Below are positions 55,169 to 58,100 of a stretch of DNA of 58,100 bases, one piece after another. Positions within the stretch are counted from its first letter, which is position 1; every line of letters starts with the position of its first letter. The position numbers and the translations under genes were made by a program. The notes under the pieces are model-generated. The model saw only the letters and a list, made by a program, of their open reading frames with translations. It made no database searches and was not told where the DNA came from. Origin of the DNA: a virus (taxonomy: Duplodnaviria; Caudoviricetes); the IMG/VR virus record IMGVR_UViG_3300049098_000053, positions 1 through 58,100 of that record; one strand, written 5' to 3'.

Positions 55169-56093
55169 CCAAGGCAACGTAATCAACAATGACTGGTACG
55201 GCGATTTCGCCGGAGAGGACGAGGGCCGGCAGGAAACGCTAGGCCAATTCGACTCGTTCGACTCGTTCTACGAGGACTACAACAACGCCAAGAATTTCGA
55301 CTGGCGCGAAGGCGTAGCCGGCGACGACGACAAATTCAAATCGAATCTCGAGCGATTCGACTCCCTCGAGGCGTTCGGTAACTCGTGGCGCGAGAGCCAG
55401 CAGAAGATCCGCTCAGGCCAGCTGCTCCCGACGCTGCCCGAGGATGCGACCGAGGATCAGGTCAAGGAATTCCGCACCGCCAACAACATCCCGCTCGAGG
55501 TCGACAATTACCTCGACGATCTGCCGGACGGACTTGTCGTGGGCGACGAGGATCGCGAGTACATGCTCGACTTCCTGGGTGCCATGCACGAGGTCAATGC
55601 GCCCAAAGAGGTCGGCACGGCACTGGTCCAGTGGTACGACGATTTCAGGGAGCGCCAGCAAGATGCGATCGCTCAGCTGGATGCTGAGCAGCAGCGCGAA
55701 GCGACCGACTTCCTGCGCAGCACCGATACCGGATGGGGCAATGATTTCCGCACCAACATGAACCTGATCAACTCGGTGCTCGAGCAGCACTTTGGCGAGG
55801 AAGCCAAGGCTCAGCTGCTCAATGGCCGCTATCAGGACGGCCGTGGCTTCTTCAACGATCCCGGCGTACTGATGGGACTGGCCAGCCTCGCGCGGCAGGT
55901 CAATGACGTGGCGCCGCTGATCGCCCAGGATCCGGACAAGATGCAGTCGCTCAACGACGAGATCTCGGACCTCGAGGCGAAGATGGCCGACCGGACCTCG
56001 GAATACTGGCGGGGTCCAAAGGCCAACGAGAACCAAGCTCGCTATCGGGAGCTCCTTGATCTAAGATTGAAGTCTGAGCAAAACGCAGCATAG
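55146..56093 (+). CDS. Capsid assembly scaffolding protein
   Basis: Acidic and helical; LPEDATEDQ..F, WG.DF..N motifs; position. Confidence 0.75.
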   Translation: MTDQTTDDQGNVINNDWYGDFAGEDEGRQETLGQFDSFDSFYEDYNNAKNFDWREGVAGDDDKFKSNLERFDSLEAFGNSWRESQQKIRSGQLLPTLPEDATEDQVKEFRTANNIPLEVDNYLDDLPDGLVVGDEDREYMLDFLGAMHEVNAPKEVGTALVQWYDDFRERQQDAIAQLDAEQQREATDFLRSTDTGWGNDFRTNMNLINSVLEQHFGEEAKAQLLNGRYQDGRGFFNDPGVLMGLASLARQVNDVAPLIAQDPDKMQSLNDEISDLEAKMADRTSEYWRGPKANENQARYRELLDLRLKSEQNAA

Positions 56094-56104
56094 GGAGATG
56101 CTCA

Positions 56105-56443
56105 ATGGCCTTTCAGATGAAGAACGTCCCTGAATGGGGTGGATCCGCTCGATGGTCACGCTCTGGCAGGAAGCCAAAGGGCATCTCAGGCATGTTTCGA
56201 TACATGAAAGACGCCCTCACGCCGGGAGGCCTTCCCGGCCTCTCCACGGTTGAGCAAGGCGGCACGATCTCGCAACGCTGGACCGGCATGACGCCACGCG
56301 ACAACCCTGCTTTTGATTCAAGCCTTGCTGGCGGCCGCCGCAACCCGCTAGGGCCGCCGGGAGGTAGGCCCCGTAGACCCGGCGGCAGGCCCCGCGGCAG
56401 GCCACGCGGCACAGGCGGTGTGCGGAGTGTATTGAGTGGCTGA
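56105..56443 (+). CDS. Gly/Arg/Pro-rich basic protein
   Basis: GGGAG RBS; GRPR repeats; ends VRSVLSG. Confidence 0.6.
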   Translation: MAFQMKNVPEWGGSARWSRSGRKPKGISGMFRYMKDALTPGGLPGLSTVEQGGTISQRWTGMTPRDNPAFDSSLAGGRRNPLGPPGGRPRRPGGRPRGRPRGTGGVRSVLSG

Positions 56444-56582
56444 ATCAGCCCCAATGACGAATTTCGTCGGGCCACGTAAGAAGCAAAAGGTCCGATCCGT
56501 ATTGAGCGGCACCGGGAAGGTACGGCGATCGAGCCCCCCGGTGGCTGCTCGAAAGCCTAGAGCCACCCGGCGCCGCTCTTGA
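56436..56582 (+). CDS. Small basic protein (48 aa)
   Basis: GGAG RBS, GTG start; contains VRSVLSG; below the ORF-track cutoff. Confidence 0.5.
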   Translation: MAESAPMTNFVGPRKKQKVRSVLSGTGKVRRSSPPVAARKPRATRRRS

Positions 56583-56624
56583 CATAGGCCCAGACCGGGC
56601 ATAATCTCAGCCCTACCACGACCC

Positions 56625-56756
56625 GCCGGCCAACCTCATTCGAGCCCCGGCACTCGACCGGCCCCTGCCGGCGACGATGCGGCCCCTATCTGGCCAACCC
56701 GCATCAAGCCACAAGCAGGCTAACCCGAAAAGTGGAAAACGGATCTTTTCATTTTT
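56625..56756 (+). ncRNA. Candidate structured 5' leader of the capsid gene
   Basis: Nested stems with three CC/CYAAC internal loops; preceded by TTGACA (56579) and CATAAT (56600, short 15-bp spacer). Confidence 0.55.
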
Positions 56757-56769
56757 GGAGGATAGCCAA

Positions 56770-57630
56770 ATGGCTGAAACTGCCTTTCAAATCCAGTATC
56801 GCCAAGAATTCATCCATGGGTTCGAGCAGCTGGTGTCACTCATTCGGGGCTTTACAACCACCGAATCTGTGATTAAAGGCAATCAGGCGACGTTCCTCGT
56901 TGCCGACTCGGGTGGAGCCGAGGCCAAGACGCGCGGCGTCAACGGTCTCATTCCCGCTCGTGGCGACAACCTGAACCAGCCGGTTGCAACGCTGGTCGAG
57001 TGGCACGATCTCGTGCGCAAGACCGATTTCAACATCTTCGCCTCTCAGGGCAACCAGCGCGCCATCATGCAGGCGACGTCGATGGGTGTCATCAATCGCA
57101 AGATTGATCAGGACATCTTTGGCGATCTGGCAACGTCGACGGTCAACATCGGCGCGGCTGTGGTCGCAGACACGCTCCGCACCCTGCGCGCCAAGACGGT
57201 ACTCGGCAACAACGATGTACCCTGGGATGGCTGGATCAGCTTCGTCATCACGCCGGCCTACGAGGCCTACATGATGGGCGAAAACGACTTCTCGAGTCGC
57301 GACTTCTCGCAGAACGGCCCGATGGATGGCGCCGATCTCGCGTGGAGAGACCGACCGCAGACCTACCGTTGGCTCGGCATGAACTGGTGTGTTCATCCGA
57401 ATCTCAACGGCGGTGGCGGCCCCGGCTCTGCAACCGAGGAGTGCTACATGTTCCATCGTTCCGCTATTGGCCATGCCTACAACGCGGACGACATGGAAAT
57501 GCGGGTAGGCTACGACGAGGAACAGGATTACTCCTGGACCCGTTGCAGTATCTACATGGGCTCAGTGCTTCTACAGAACTCCGGTGTGTGCCTCGTAGCG
57601 CATGACGGCTCGGCTCTGGTAGCAGCCTAA
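56770..57630 (+). CDS. Major capsid protein (BPP-1-like family)
   Basis: AFQIQYRQEFI.GFE, INRKIDQDI, WLGMNWCVHP, FHRSAIGHA; GGAGG RBS. Confidence 0.88.
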   Translation: MAETAFQIQYRQEFIHGFEQLVSLIRGFTTTESVIKGNQATFLVADSGGAEAKTRGVNGLIPARGDNLNQPVATLVEWHDLVRKTDFNIFASQGNQRAIMQATSMGVINRKIDQDIFGDLATSTVNIGAAVVADTLRTLRAKTVLGNNDVPWDGWISFVITPAYEAYMMGENDFSSRDFSQNGPMDGADLAWRDRPQTYRWLGMNWCVHPNLNGGGGPGSATEECYMFHRSAIGHAYNADDMEMRVGYDEEQDYSWTRCSIYMGSVLLQNSGVCLVAHDGSALVAA

Positions 57631-57646
57631 TCGGGAGGAATGAAAC

Positions 57647-57931
57647 ATGGCATATGACACAAACAGCCTAGTAACTGCGTTCCCTCGCGTCGGTGCGGCC
57701 GAAGGGCCGGGTGACAACACTGGTGGCTACTCGGGTGCTCTGCATATCTATCGGTCTGCTGACGACATCGCTACGGTGATCGCCGCCGGCTACATCGATG
57801 ATGGCAACGAGAAGTTCATTCAGGTGAACGACATGGTGCTCGTGATCGACGACAACACTCCGACCATTGACCTCTGTCTCGTGACAGTGGTCGCGGCCAA
57901 CGGTGATGTCACTTTGATCAACGGCACCTAA
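57647..57931 (+). CDS. Putative capsid decoration / minor protein
   Basis: YRSADDIATV.AAGY motif; follows the capsid gene. Confidence 0.65.
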   Translation: MAYDTNSLVTAFPRVGAAEGPGDNTGGYSGALHIYRSADDIATVIAAGYIDDGNEKFIQVNDMVLVIDDNTPTIDLCLVTVVAANGDVTLINGT

Positions 57932-57968
57932 GCCGACTGGCGCAAAGGGTACAACTGCGCGACAATCC

Positions 57969-58004
57969 GGGGGCCGCCTCATCTGGGGCGGTCCCCGTTT
58001 GTTT
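57969..58004 (+). terminator. Intrinsic terminator/attenuator after the capsid genes
   Basis: GGGGCCGCCTC-ATCT-GGGGCGGTCCCC then GTTTGTTT. Confidence 0.7.
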
Positions 58005-58100
58005 ATGGAGATAGTCAATGACAGATGCAGCTGAAAAGCTCGACGACCTCGACACCGAGGAAACTCCCGCGCAGGAAACAGAAGCCACTGAGGTCCCTGA
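57974..58100. repeat. Terminal direct repeat, copy 2 (circular assembly overlap)
   Basis: Exact copy of 1-127; the ORF at 45 restarts at 58018. Confidence 0.97.

Larger units (their letters stand above)
1..57973. mobile_element. Complete podovirus-like (BPP-1/T7-tail type) dsDNA phage genome
   Basis: Terminase, portal, capsid, tail tubular, ejection and lysis genes; circular overlap; no host housekeeping genes. Confidence 0.93.

Noticed and set aside
56579-56605. Canonical sigma70 promoter for the capsid gene
   Set aside because: TTGACA and CATAAT are only 15 bp apart; kept as a weak hint, not a separate feature
57974-58100. 127-bp terminal repeat as a biological DTR
   Set aside because: The length equals a common assembler k-mer and it cuts through a terminator and a gene; more likely a circular assembly overlap

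Overview
The window is an apparently complete, circularly permuted tailed-phage genome of about 57,973 bp: bases 1-127 are repeated exactly at 57,974-58,100. Its architecture is podovirus-like (BPP-1/T7-tail type). The plus-strand virion operon runs terS, terL, portal, scaffold, major capsid, tail tubular A/B, ejection proteins, tail fibres, lysis. There is a divergent recombination/replication block (ERF, YqaJ, RHH regulator, ParB-like, SF2 helicase, VRR-NUC, Ref-like) and a minus-strand early/accessory operon. No integrase, DNA polymerase, primase, RNA polymerase, reverse transcriptase, tRNA or CRISPR array was recognised. Best candidates for new biology: (1) an early cassette of a C5-methyltransferase-like enzyme and two different PAPS-reductase-family enzymes, each carrying a terminal beta-clamp-binding-like pentapeptide, suggesting replication-coupled DNA modification; (2) a 2,542-aa polyvalent ejection protein carrying GHKL ATPase, zincin and ART-like domains, apparently split from its N-terminal half by a 6.2-kb cassette that includes a SPOUT-fold gene; (3) a structured capsid-gene leader with three copies of one internal-loop motif; (4) a collagen/YadA-anchor protein with an atypical C-terminal extension; (5) operator-like motifs shared between the divergent switch, the holin upstream region and the post-terS region. 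All family assignments come from motif recognition by eye, not from database searches.
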